A DNA stretch of 64,000 nt from Actinomycetes bacterium (GCA_036377075.1 DASUZB010000143.1:15577-79576), one strand, 5' to 3'; shown: positions 45,877-55,883, numbered from the stretch's first letter. Translations and numbers: made by a program. The notes: a model not told the origin generated them from the sequence alone.

Positions 45877-45890
45877 CATCCGTACGGATG
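45877..45890. promoter_or_regulatory. perfect 14-bp palindrome CATCCGTACGGATG upstream of copCD
   Basis: Self-complementary 14-mer, 55-75 nt upstream of the candidate copCD starts. Confidence 0.3.
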
Positions 45891-46949
45891 TATCAACCCG
45901 CGACTGATCAGTGAGATTCCCGATGCGTCCGGCCGGCGCGCCGCGCGGAGGGGACGGGACCAGGACGGCGAAACGGAGGAGCGTCCGCCGGCGCCTGCTC
46001 CGGTAAATCTCGGTGGAATTCTCTCTGGATAGCTTCTGCCATGTCCCGGCGGTTCCGGCGCGCAACCGGAGGGGAATATCGTCGGCCCCCTCGGCGCCCG
46101 GTGGGGCGGCGGCCGGCGGGGCGAGGGGCGGCGCTGGCGCCGGCCCCCCCGGGACGGGCTAGTCCTTCCGACCCCGGCGGACGTTCGGCGCCTCGGGCCG
46201 CGGGCGCTCGCGGTCCGCGGCAGCCGGCGCCGGGGTCCGCGGCGCCGGGAGGCGTATGCAGCGGTCAGGGGCACGCCCGGGACCCCAGGTCCCCCGGTGG
46301 ACACCCGAGGGACCCACGGGCCGGGGACCGCCGGCCGTGGCCGCCGCCGGGACGTTCGCCCGATCCGTCCCACGCGCTGACGTAGGTGGTTCTACCGATC
46401 GCTTGCCGGGCTTGTGAGCCGCGGGATGAGGCCCGCCGGGCGCGCGCCGCCCCCGCCCCCCCGGGGCGCGGTCATCCTCGTGCCGACCTGTGGTCGTGCC
46501 GGCGGGCAAGGAACCCGAGCAATTCGAGCACCTGAGGCGATCAAGTCGATTGCCCTATTGGTCGACCTCACGAGGGTTGATTGCCGACCCGGCATCGCCA
46601 ATAGTTACGGCCATGTATGGATGCGGTCCTCGGCAGAATACGCAGCCGTGGTTCCTCGCCACGCACCCCCCGGCGCCGCACGGTACCCTCCACCGGCGTC
46701 CCTGCGTAGCGTGGAGCGGTGGCACGAGCCTCGCCGGCGACCGGCCAGCAGCGGCCGAGCGAAATTCGATCGCCCGATCGCAGCACCGCCCGAGAGCACC
46801 CGGTCAGTAGCTTTTCTCGCCTCCCAAATCCCCATCCCCCGACGCGAAACGTAGGCCAGCGCCCCGGCACCGCGGCATCCCGGCAGTCAGCGCGGTCCGT
46901 CTCCCACCACCAGCTCCCCGGGCCCGTTGGTCAGGACGAAGGGTAGGAA

Positions 46950-49492
46950 ATGCTCCAGAATCTGCCGATCCGGTCGAAGCTGATTGCCATCCTTGCCCTT
47001 CCGGTGCTGGTGATGCTGTTGCTGGTGGCCTCGCGCACCAACCAGAACGTGGCCCAGGGCCATGAGGCGGTGCGCCTGGTCGCGCTGACGAACTTCATGG
47101 ACAAGAGCCTCGAGCTCACCTCCGAGCTGCAGCGGGAGCGTGACCTGGCGGCCGCGTACCTGGCCACGGACCGGCTCGCCGGTCGCGACCGCCTGTTCGC
47201 CCAGCAGGCCAGGGTCGACCGGGTGGCCGCCGAGTGCCGTGCCGAGTCCGCCAAGCTCGCCTGGGGCAACTACCAGGACCGCTTGCGCAAGCACGCCACC
47301 GACGTCGACGGCCGGCTGAGCGAGCTGGCCGGGCAGCGGGCGGCGATGGACAAGCCCAACGTGGTCGCGACGCGCGCCCTCGGCTACTACACCGACACCA
47401 TCGGCGGGCTGCTCGACCTCGAGAAGCAGGTGCCCCTCGAGTTCACCGAGCGCCAGTCGACCCTCGGCAACGTCAGCCTCGAGCTGGTCCAGAACATGAA
47501 CAACGTGGTGCGCCTCTCGCGCGGCAAGGAGGACGTCGCCTACCAGCGCAGCCTGCTGTACGCCCTGCTGGTCCACCAGGCGGTCGCGCCGCAGGCGCCG
47601 ACCGGCCTGGCGCCAGGCGAGGACCGCGACAAGCTCACCGGCGCGGTCTCGGCGGGCGACTCCTGGCTGCGGGAGTTCCAGGCGTTCGCCACCCCCGAGC
47701 AGCGCGGCCTGTACGCGCGCACCGTGACCGGCTTCGGCGTCGAGCGCTCGGCGCAGCTCCGCCAGGCCGTCCTGGGCCAGGCCAACCGGCTCGACCTGGG
47801 CGTCAACGCGGAGGAGTGGCTGACCGCCAACAACGCCAAGGTCGACCGGCTGCGCGCGGTCGAGCAGGAGCTGACCTTCGGCCTGCTGCGCAGCATCGAC
47901 GCCGCGCACAAGGCCGCCAACACCGCGACGGTCACCGGCAGCGGCCTGATCATGCTGGTGCTGTTCGTCTCGGTCGGCATCTCGCTGTCGATGTCGCAGT
48001 CGATGGTCCAGTCGCGCAAGCGCCTCAAGGAGTCCGCCCAGGAGCTGGTCGAGTGGCGGCTGCCGACGGTGGTGGAGCGCCTCAAGCAGCTGGAGCGGAC
48101 CGAGGAGGCCGACCTCGAACCCGAGGAGGTCCCCCCGGCGGTCGTGGCCGGCAACGAGATCGGCGAGGTGGCGGTCGCCTTCAGCCAGGTGCACCACGTC
48201 GCCGTCCAGGTCGCCACCGAGCGGGCGGCGCTGCGCAAGAGCGTCGGCGACATGTTCCTCAACTTCGCCAGGCGCAACCAGGTGCTGATCGACCGCCAGC
48301 TCGAGCTGATCGAGGACCTGGAGGGACGGGAGGGCAACCAGGCGGTGCGCGAGGAGTTCCTGCGCCTGGACCGCCTCGCGACCAGCATGCGGCGCAACGC
48401 CGAGGACCTGATCGTGCTCTCCGGCGCGACCCCGCCGCGGCGCTGGAGCGAGCCGGTCCCGCTGCCCGAGGTGCTGCAGGCCGCCCTCTCCGAGGTGGAG
48501 GACTACCGCCGGGTGGAGCTCGTGCGCCTCGACGAGCTGGCGATCGTCGGCGAGGCGGCCAGCGACGTGGCCCACATCCTGGCCGAGCTGATCGAGAACG
48601 CGACCTCCTTCTCGCCGCCCCAGACGATGGTCCACGTGGCCGGCCAGACGGTCACCACCGGCTACGTGGTCGAGATCGAGGACCGCGGCATCGCATGTCC
48701 AACGCCGAGCTGGTGGAGATCAACGAGCGCCTGGTCAACCCGACCGGCATCGACCCGACCCTGCCGCAGCGCCTGGGCCTGTTCGTGGTCGCCCGCCTGG
48801 CCACCCGCCACGGCATCAAGGTCCAGCTGCGCCACTCCTGGTACGAGGGCGTGACCGCGCTGGTCCTGCTGCCCAACTCGCTGGTCGTGATGGCCGACCG
48901 TGACGCCCTGCTCGCCCCGGCCATGGCCGGCGGGGTGGCGCCGCCGGCGCGCGCCCCGCTGGTCTCGTCCTCGTCGGTGGCCGCGAGCCCGCCGCCGGCG
49001 GCGAGCCCGCCGCCCGTCGGCCCGCCGGGCCAGGGCGCCGAGGAGGTGCGGCTGCCGATCTTCGAGGCGGCCCGCTCCGACTGGTTCGGCCCCGGCCCGT
49101 CGCCGGACGGCGTGCAGGTCCCTTCGCCCCCGCCGGCGACAGCGGCGAGCGGCACGGGGCCTACCCATGACGACGCGGACGTCGGCCCGCTCGGTCCGCC
49201 GCTCGGCCCGCCGCCGCGGACCGACGCCGGCCTGCCGCTGCGGGTCCCGCGCGCGCGCCTGGCGCCGGGCCTGTCGGGCACGTCGCCGTCTGGCGGACGC
49301 GAGGCCGACCAGGCCGTCACCGCCCGCTCGCCCGACGACATCCGCCAGCGTCTGACCAGTTACCAGCAGGGCTTCGAGCGCGGGCGCCAGGAGGCGTCCG
49401 TCCCTGATGGCAAGGAAGGACCGTTCGCGCCGGAGGACACCGGCGCGAACGCGGCCGGGGGCACCGACCCGTCCAGCGCCACGAGGAGTTGA
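46950..49492 (+). pseudogene. cvnA: conservon sensor kinase CvnA-like (NIT-HAMP-HATPase) interrupted by a 1-nt frame break near 48693
   Basis: Frame 0 reads through ...GYVVEIEDRGI and then becomes nonsense. The -1 frame continues with MSNAELVEINERLVNP...RHGIKVQLRHSWYEG, colinear with the paralog at 50916. DNA is GGCATCGCATG here and GGCGTCGGCATG in the paralog. Confidence 0.75.
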
Positions 49493-49493
49493 G

Positions 49494-49916
49494 ATGGCCG
49501 AACTCAGCAGGGAAGCGGAGAACCTGAACTGGCTTGTCACGAACTTCGTGCGGAAGGTCCCCGGCGTCATCCACACGATCGTGGTCTCGGCCGACGGGCT
49601 CCCCGTGGCGGTCTCGGAGGACCTCGACCGCACCACCGCCGACCAGCTCGCGGCGGTGGCGTCCGGTCTGTCCAGCCTGACCCAGGGCGCGGCCAGGTAC
49701 TTCGGCGGCGGCAACGTCAACCAGACGGTCGTCGAGATGGAGAAGGGCTTTCTGTTCGTGATGCTGATCAGCGACGGCTCCTGCCTGGCCGTGCTGGCGT
49801 CCCCCAACGCCGACATCGGCCTGATCGGCTACGAGATGGCCCTGCTGGTCGCTCGCGCCGGCGACGTCCTCACCCCAGCCCTACGGGCCGAGCTGCAGGC
49901 CGCCCTGCCACGATGA
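49494..49916 (+). CDS. cvnB: Roadblock/LC7-domain protein (CvnB)
   Basis: [37 protein letters not shown]...GYEMALLV. Confidence 0.9.
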   Translation: MAELSREAENLNWLVTNFVRKVPGVIHTIVVSADGLPVAVSEDLDRTTADQLAAVASGLSSLTQGAARYFGGGNVNQTVVEMEKGFLFVMLISDGSCLAVLASPNADIGLIGYEMALLVARAGDVLTPALRAELQAALPR

Positions 49917-50305
49917 CCACGGTCACGCCGGACTCGAGCCGGAACGACGACGGGCGGGACCCCGGCCCGGTCGTCCGACCGTACGCGATGACCGGCGGAC
50001 GGACCCGCTCCATCCGCGACGAGGAACTCGAGCTCGAGACGCTCGTGTCGACCACCGCCGAGGGCGAGATGTCGGCACCGTCGCTCAACCTCGAGCAGCG
50101 CTCGATCGCCATGCTCTGCAGGGACCTGCTCTCGGTCGCGGAGATCTCCGCCCGCCTCGACGTCCCGCTCGGCGTCGCCAGGGTGCTCATCGGCGACATG
50201 GCGGAAGGGGGGCTCCTGGCCGTGCACCCACCCCACCGGTCGGACGACGACCGTCCGGACCTTGCACTCCTCGAGAGGGTTCTCTATGGCCTCCGCGCAA
50301 TCTAG
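49913..50305 (+). CDS. cvnC: DUF742 protein (CvnC)
   Basis: ATGA overlap with cvn[14 protein letters not shown]...[23 protein letters not shown]. Confidence 0.85.
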   Translation: MTTVTPDSSRNDDGRDPGPVVRPYAMTGGRTRSIRDEELELETLVSTTAEGEMSAPSLNLEQRSIAMLCRDLLSVAEISARLDVPLGVARVLIGDMAEGGLLAVHPPHRSDDDRPDLALLERVLYGLRAI

Positions 50306-50912
50306 ATCAGCTCCGAACGCCCGCACCCCCAGGGCGCCCACGGCGGTCAAGATCGTCGTCGCCGGCGGTTTCGGGGTAGGCAAGACCACGCTGGTCGGCT
50401 CCGTTTCGGAGATCGAGCCGCTCACCACCGAGGCGGTGATGACCGCGGTCAGCACCGGGGTGGACGACCTGTCCAAGCTGCCCCACAAGACCACCACCAC
50501 GGTGGCGCTGGACTTCGGCCGCATCACCCTGGACTCCGACCTGATCCTGTACCTGTTCGGCACGCCCGGGCAGGAGCGCTTCTGGTTCATGTGGGACGAG
50601 CTGGTGCGGGGCGCGATCGGGGCGGTCGTCCTGGTCGACACCCGGCGCCTGGACGACAGCTTCCCCGCGGTCGACTACTTCGAGCAGCGCGGCGTCCCCT
50701 TCGTGGTCGGCATCAACTGCTTCTTCGGCGAGGTGCTCCACACCGTCGAGGACGTGCGCGAGGCGCTGGTGGTCAGCGAGGAGGTCCCGATCGTCCTGTG
50801 CGACGCCAGGCAGCGCGAGTCCTCCAAGGCGGTCCTGATCGAGGTGGTGCAGCACGCGCTGGTGCGAGCCTCGGGCGCGTTGCGAGGGACCGCGAAGGCG
50901 GGAGGTGCCTGA
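50286..50912 (+). CDS. cvnD: Ras-like small GTPase / ATP-GTP-binding protein (CvnD)
   Basis: KIVVAGGFGVGKTT (P-loop), LFGTPGQERF (G3), VGINCF. Overlaps the end of cvnC. Confidence 0.9.
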   Translation: MASAQSRSAPNARTPRAPTAVKIVVAGGFGVGKTTLVGSVSEIEPLTTEAVMTAVSTGVDDLSKLPHKTTTTVALDFGRITLDSDLILYLFGTPGQERFWFMWDELVRGAIGAVVLVDTRRLDDSFPAVDYFEQRGVPFVVGINCFFGEVLHTVEDVREALVVSEEVPIVLCDARQRESSKAVLIEVVQHALVRASGALRGTAKAGGA

Positions 50913-50915
50913 GCC

Positions 50916-53396
50916 ATGCGCGCGCTCGACGACGTACGGATCCGGACGCGGCTCATCGCCATCTTCCTGCTGCCGATCCTGACCCTGACGATCGTGGCCG
51001 CCAGCCAGATCCAGTCGAGCGTCGCCGCCGGGTTCAAAGCCGACAAGGAGCGGCAGCTGCTCACCTTCGCCATCGGCCTCGGCGACCTGACCCACGAGCT
51101 GCAGCTCGAACGGGACCACTCGGTGAACTGGGTCGGCAGCGGCAAGGAGGCGGCCTCCTACAAGGAGGTCGTGGTCCAGCGCGCCAAGGTCGACAAGGCG
51201 ATCGGGGCCGACTGGGACCAGGCCAGCGAGTCGGTGCACAAGGCCGAGCAGCGCGGCTTCACCGGGCAGGTCGCGGCCGTGCGCGAGAAGCTCGGCCAGC
51301 TCTCCGCCACCCGCCAGGCGATCGACACGCTGCCGAAGAGCCCCGGGGAGGTCCTGCCCTACTACACCGAGCTGATCCGCGACATCCTCGGCCTGAACAC
51401 CGACATCGCGGCGGCCGGGCTGACCCCGGCGGTGTACCGCAGCGCCACCGCCTACGTGGCCATGTCCCAGGCCAAGGAGGCGGTCTCCTACCAGCGCGGC
51501 TTCGGCGCGGCGGTGCTGTCGACCGGCCGCTTCCGCGGCAACGAGCGCGAGACCTTCGCCGACGCCATCGGGGCGGAGGCGACCTGGACCGAGCAGTTCG
51601 ACGCCTTCGCGCTCGACGAGCAGCAGAACCTCTACCAGCCGTGGCTCTCGGGCAGCGAGGCCCAGCGCGGCACCCGCCTGGCCGAGTCGCTGGTCGAGCA
51701 GGCCGGCCTGGGCCGCACGACCATCGCCCCCGACCAGTGGCTGGCGATCATGAGCGGCAAGGTCGAGGCGTTCCGCCAGGTCGAGCAGCGCCTGGCCGCC
51801 GAGATGCTGCGCGCCAACCGCGCCGACGCCCTCGCCCAGGCCCGCAGCCTGACCAACAACATCCTGGTCACCCTGATCGTGGTCGCCCTCGCGCTCGCCT
51901 TCGCGCTGCACATGGAGCGGTCGATGGTGCGCCCGCTGGCCGCGCTGCGCAGCGCGGCCAGGAGCGTGGCGCGGCGGCGGCTGCCCGGCGTGGTCGAGCG
52001 GCTGTCGCGCAACGAGCGGGTCGACCCCCGCGCCGAGGCGGACCCGGTCGACGTCACCGCCCGCGACGAGATCGGCCAGGTGGCCGAGGCGTTCAACCGC
52101 GCCCACCGGGCCGCCGTCGACCTCGCCCTCGAGCAGGCCGCCCTGCGCAAGAGCGTCGGCGACATGTTCCTCAACCTCGCCAGGCGCAGCCAGGCCCTGA
52201 TCGACCGGCAGCTCGAGCTGATCGACAAGCTCGAGCGCGACGAGACCGACGCCGACGCGCTGCAGGAGCTGTTCCGCCTCGACCACCTCGCCACCCGCCT
52301 GCGGCGCAACGCCGAGGACCTGATCGTGCTCTCCGGCGCCAAGCCGGCGCGGCGCTGGAGCCGGCCGGTCACCCTCCACGAGGTGGTGCGCGCCGCCACC
52401 GCCGAGGTGGAGGACTACACCCGCATCGAGCTGCTGCCGATCGACGAGGTCGGCGTCACCGGCCAGGGCGTCGCCGACGTCATCCACCTGCTCGCCGAGC
52501 TGGTGGAGAACGCCACCTCCTTTTCCCCGCCGGGGACGATGGTGCACATCGCCGGCCAGCCGGTGGACGGCGGCTACATGATCGAGATCGAGGACCGCGG
52601 CGTCGGCATGAGCGACGCGGAGCTGCTCGAGGTCAACGAGCGCCTGGCCAACCCTCCAAGGGTCGACCTCGGCCTGTCCCGCAAGCTCGGGCTGTACGTG
52701 GTGAGCCGGCTGGCCGCCCGCTACGGCATCCGGGTGCAGCTGCGGCACTCCTGGTACGGCGGCATCACCGTGCTGGTGGTCCTGCCCGACAGCCTGCTGG
52801 TGCAGCCGGCCGGGGTCCCCCCGGCGCGGCCGGGGCTGGCCGGCGCCCACGCGGAGGCGGCCAACGGCGGCCGGGCGCTGCCGGCGCCGCCACCGCTGTC
52901 GCTGCCAGGCAGCGGCGGCGCCGCCCGCCGCGGCGAGCCGCAGCCGGCGGGCTGGTCCAACTGGTTCGAGAAGACCGAGATGGGCAAGGACTACGTGCCC
53001 TTGCGCCGCCACGCCGCGCAGCCCGGCGAGGGCATGACCGTGCCGCCGTCACCGCGCGAGCTGCGCCCCGACGGGCGGCCGCTCCCCGTCGACCTGCGCC
53101 GCGCCGACGACGCGCCGGAGCAGCCGGTGACCGCCGGCGAGCCGCCGACGGCGGCGCCCGCGGACCGGGTGGGGCAGGAGGGCGCGCCGCCGGTGGACGC
53201 CCCCCAGACGCTGCCGCGCCGCGACAAGGGCCAGCACCTGCCCGGTGCCGGCCCGGACGGCGCCGGGGTGTCGGCGCCACCGAACGGGGTGCCGGCCGGT
53301 GCACCGGGGAACGGCGAGGGCGCGGGCCTGAGCGACGTGGGGGGCGGCGCCGGCGTGCCCCCGGCGAGCCGGCCGGGGAGCCCACCGTGCAGGTGA
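50916..53396 (+). CDS. cvnA: second CvnA-like sensor kinase (NIT-HAMP-HATPase); its conserved C-terminal tail lies in another frame
   Basis: Colinear with 46950..49492 through the HATPase domain (IEIEDRGVGMSDAELLEVNERLANP...RYGIRVQLRHSWYGG). Starts 3 nt after the cvnD stop. Confidence 0.8.
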   Translation: MRALDDVRIRTRLIAIFLLPILTLTIVAASQIQSSVAAGFKADKERQLLTFAIGLGDLTHELQLERDHSVNWVGSGKEAASYKEVVVQRAKVDKAIGADWDQASESVHKAEQRGFTGQVAAVREKLGQLSATRQAIDTLPKSPGEVLPYYTELIRDILGLNTDIAAAGLTPAVYRSATAYVAMSQAKEAVSYQRGFGAAVLSTGRFRGNERETFADAIGAEATWTEQFDAFALDEQQNLYQPWLSGSEAQRGTRLAESLVEQAGLGRTTIAPDQWLAIMSGKVEAFRQVEQRLAAEMLRANRADALAQARSLTNNILVTLIVVALALAFALHMERSMVRPLAALRSAARSVARRRLPGVVERLSRNERVDPRAEADPVDVTARDEIGQVAEAFNRAHRAAVDLALEQAALRKSVGDMFLNLARRSQALIDRQLELIDKLERDETDADALQELFRLDHLATRLRRNAEDLIVLSGAKPARRWSRPVTLHEVVRAATAEVEDYTRIELLPIDEVGVTGQGVADVIHLLAELVENATSFSPPGTMVHIAGQPVDGGYMIEIEDRGVGMSDAELLEVNERLANPPRVDLGLSRKLGLYVVSRLAARYGIRVQLRHSWYGGITVLVVLPDSLLVQPAGVPPARPGLAGAHAEAANGGRALPAPPPLSLPGSGGAARRGEPQPAGWSNWFEKTEMGKDYVPLRRHAAQPGEGMTVPPSPRELRPDGRPLPVDLRRADDAPEQPVTAGEPPTAAPADRVGQEGAPPVDAPQTLPRRDKGQHLPGAGPDGAGVSAPPNGVPAGAPGNGEGAGLSDVGGGAGVPPASRPGSPPCR

Positions 53397-53671
53397 CCAA
53401 GGTGGGGCTGCCCCGCCGGGTGCCGAACGCGAACCTCGCTCCCGGGCTCGCCGCCGGGGAGCCAAGCGCCAAGGAGCCCGCTGCGGGCGTGCCCACCGGC
53501 ATGCGCACCCCGGAGGAGGTCCGCAGCATGCTGTCGAGCTACCGCAACGGCATCGAGCGGGGCCGCCAGAGCTCCTCGTCCCGCGGTGAAGGCCCGCCGT
53601 CCGAGGACGACACCCTGGTCGGCGGCGACACCCCACCGTTCCCGACGCGAGGTCGCCGGGGCTCGCAGTGA
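53339..53671 (+). other. out-of-frame continuation of cvnA2 encoding the conserved CvnA C-terminal tail
   Basis: The -1 frame reads GLPRRVPNANLAPGL...RTPEEVRSMLSSYRNGIERGR. This is homologous to the cvnA1 tail GLPLRVPRARLAPGL...[21 protein letters not shown]6 (53339-53344) and C5 (53358-53362) runs lie at the junction. Confidence 0.6.
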
Positions 53672-53694
53672 CCGGCTGAGACCAAAGGCGAATC

Positions 53695-54120
53695 ATGAGC
53701 ACGGAAGCGCACCACGCCGACCAGCGCAAGGTTGCGCACCAGACGGTCCGCGTCGCCCAGCCGGTCGAGCAGCAGCCCTCCCCGCTGGCGGACCGCGTGG
53801 TCGCGTCCGGCCTGGCCGAGCTGGAGCACCGCCAGCGCCGCATCGCGGGACCGCTCACCCTCGTCTTCCTCGGCTACTACGCGGTGTTCCTGCTGCTCAC
53901 CGCGCTCGCCCCCGAGCTGCTGCGGCTGCGCTTGTTCTGGCACCTGAGCTTCGGCTACCTGCTCGCCTGGTCGGTGTTCGTGGTCACCGGCGTGGCCTCG
54001 GCGATCTACCTGAAGCTCGCCCACGACCGCATCGACCCGCTGGTCGACCGCATCCGGCAACACCTCGGCCTGGGCGACGATGACGCTGGCGACGAGCACG
54101 GGGAGGCGGCCTACCGATGA
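53695..54120 (+). CDS. DUF485 inner-membrane protein (ActP-associated, YjcH-like)
   Basis: Two TM segments. ATGA overlap with the downstream symporter, the typical yjcH-actP arrangement. Confidence 0.8.
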   Translation: MSTEAHHADQRKVAHQTVRVAQPVEQQPSPLADRVVASGLAELEHRQRRIAGPLTLVFLGYYAVFLLLTALAPELLRLRLFWHLSFGYLLAWSVFVVTGVASAIYLKLAHDRIDPLVDRIRQHLGLGDDDAGDEHGEAAYR

Positions 54121-55799
54121 GCGACCGGCTGCTTACCTTCGACCTGCTGTTCGCGTTCCTGGCGTTCACGCTGGCGATGACCTACTGGGCGTCGCGGGCG
54201 ACCAAGACCGCGGCCGACTTCTACGTCGCCAACCACCAGTTGCGCCCCTGGCAGAACGGCACCGCCATGACGGGCGCGTTCATCTCGGCGGTGACCGTCC
54301 TCGGCGTCCCCGGCCTGATCGCGCTGACCGGCTTCGACGGGGTCTTCTACTTCATCGGCACGCTGCTGTCCTTCGCGGTGATCCAGGCGCTGGTGGCCGA
54401 GCCGTTCCGCAACGCCGGCACCTACACCATGGCCGACGCGCTGGTGCCGCGGCTGCGGGAGCGGCCGGTGCGGCTGGCGATGGCGACCTCGACCATCGCG
54501 GTGGCGGTCATCTACATGGTCGCCCAGATCATCGGCGCCGGCGTCCTCGCGCGCCTGCTGCTGCCGATCAAGGGCACCGTGCTCGGCATGCCGCCGGAGA
54601 CGCTCGCGATCGTCGTGGTTGGGCTGCTGATGACCATCCACGTCGCCTACGGCGGCATGCTGCTGATCACCTGGATGCAGATCGTCAAGGTGGTGGTGCT
54701 GCTCCTCGGCGTGATCGTCACGGCGCTGGTGGTGCTGGGGAGGTTCAACTTCTCCATCGACGCGCTGTTCGCGGCGGCCACCCAGGCCAGCGGCAAGGGC
54801 AGCGCCTACCTCGGCCCCGGCTTGCGCTTCAAGAACCCGATCGACCAGGTCTCGCTCGGCATCGCGCTGGTGCTCGGGACCGCCGGGCTGCCGCACATGA
54901 TGGTCAGGCTCTACACCGTCCCCAACGCGCGCGCCGCCCGCAAGAGCGTCAGCTGGGCGATCGGCTCGATCGGCCTGCTGTTCGCGATGGCTACCTTCCT
55001 CGGCTTCGGCGCGGCGGCGCTGCTCGGCTCCAAGCAGATCGCCGCCGCCGACAAGACGGGCAACATGGCGATGCCGCTCCTGATCCGCTTCCTCGGCGGC
55101 GGTGACCAGACGTTCGGCGGCGACCTGTTCCTCGGGCTGATGGCGGTGATCGTCTTCGCCACCATCCTGGGCGTGGTCGCGGCGCTGATGATCGCCGCGA
55201 CGTCGAGTTTCGCCCACGACGTCTGGGCGGCGGTGATCCACCGGGGCAACGCCGACGAGGCCAGGGAGGTCCAGGTCGCGCGGCGCGCGGCCCTGGTGAT
55301 CGGGCCGGTCGCGATCGCCCTGTCGGTGGCGCTGCGGCAGCAGAACGTCGCGCCGGTGGCGGTGCTGGCGTTCGCGGTCGCCGCCTCGAGCACGTTCCCG
55401 GTGCTGCTGCTGTCGATCTACTGGCGGCGCTTCAACACCGACGGCGCCCTGGCCGGCCTGCTGGGCGGGCTCACCTCCTGCCTGTTCCTGATCGCCATCG
55501 GTCCCGCGGTGATGGGCCCCACGGGTTTCGTCCTGCAGAGCTCGACCCCGCTGTTCCCGCTGGAGAACCCGGGGATCGTCTCGATCCCGATCGGATTCCT
55601 GGCCGCCTACCTCGGCACGGTCGTGTCGCAGGAGCGGATCACCGAGTCGCGCATCTCCCAGGCGCTGCGGCTCAAGACGCTGACCGGGCTGGAGGCCGGC
55701 AACGGGCAGGCGCCACCGCCACCGGACGAGCGCGAGGCCGAGGAGGCAGGTCGCGAGGTGCCGTGGCTGGCGCCGAGGCGCCACGCCACCACGCGGTAG
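54117..55799 (+). CDS. actP: cation/acetate symporter (solute:sodium symporter family, ActP-like)
   Basis: About 13-14 TM segments. FYVANHQLRPWQNGTAMTGAFISAVTVLG and GLPHMMVRLYTVPNA motifs. Confidence 0.9.
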   Translation: MSDRLLTFDLLFAFLAFTLAMTYWASRATKTAADFYVANHQLRPWQNGTAMTGAFISAVTVLGVPGLIALTGFDGVFYFIGTLLSFAVIQALVAEPFRNAGTYTMADALVPRLRERPVRLAMATSTIAVAVIYMVAQIIGAGVLARLLLPIKGTVLGMPPETLAIVVVGLLMTIHVAYGGMLLITWMQIVKVVVLLLGVIVTALVVLGRFNFSIDALFAAATQASGKGSAYLGPGLRFKNPIDQVSLGIALVLGTAGLPHMMVRLYTVPNARAARKSVSWAIGSIGLLFAMATFLGFGAAALLGSKQIAAADKTGNMAMPLLIRFLGGGDQTFGGDLFLGLMAVIVFATILGVVAALMIAATSSFAHDVWAAVIHRGNADEAREVQVARRAALVIGPVAIALSVALRQQNVAPVAVLAFAVAASSTFPVLLLSIYWRRFNTDGALAGLLGGLTSCLFLIAIGPAVMGPTGFVLQSSTPLFPLENPGIVSIPIGFLAAYLGTVVSQERITESRISQALRLKTLTGLEAGNGQAPPPPDEREAEEAGREVPWLAPRRHATTR

Positions 55800-55836
55800 C
55801 GCACGGCCGGCCGCGCCGGATCGCGGACCGGCCACG

Positions 55837-55871
55837 ACGACGCCCCCGGAGGAATCCTCCGGGGGCGTCGT
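55837..55871. terminator. perfect 16-bp stem / 3-nt loop hairpin between convergent actP and the glycosidase gene
   Basis: ACGACGCCCCCGGAGG-AAT-CCTCCGGGGGCGTCGT. Likely a bidirectional terminator. Confidence 0.7.
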
Positions 55872-55883
55872 GTCGTGGGGGTG

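Noticed and set aside
43971-46373. The upstream 800 codons of the 1001-aa minus-strand ORF 43368..46373.
   Set aside because: This part is an out-of-frame shadow of copCD with an Arg/Pro-rich product. A lipoprotein signal (MGITGLF...LLAGC) defines a sensible 200-aa gene at 43368..43970.
48681-48700. Programmed -1 ribosomal frameshifting as the explanation for the cvnA1 frame break, and likewise for cvnA2 at 53339-53396.
   Set aside because: There is no slippery X XXY YYZ heptamer at the cvnA1 junction. The paralog encodes the same residues in one frame, so the break looks like a simple missing G. The cvnA2 junction lies in homopolymer runs typical of indel errors.
50307-53012. 901-aa minus-strand ORF, plus the 50591..53671 plus-strand ORF, over cvnD/cvnA2.
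   Set aside because: Both are shadow frames. Only the last 280 nt or so of the 50591 frame carry meaningful sequence (the displaced CvnA tail), and that is reported separately.
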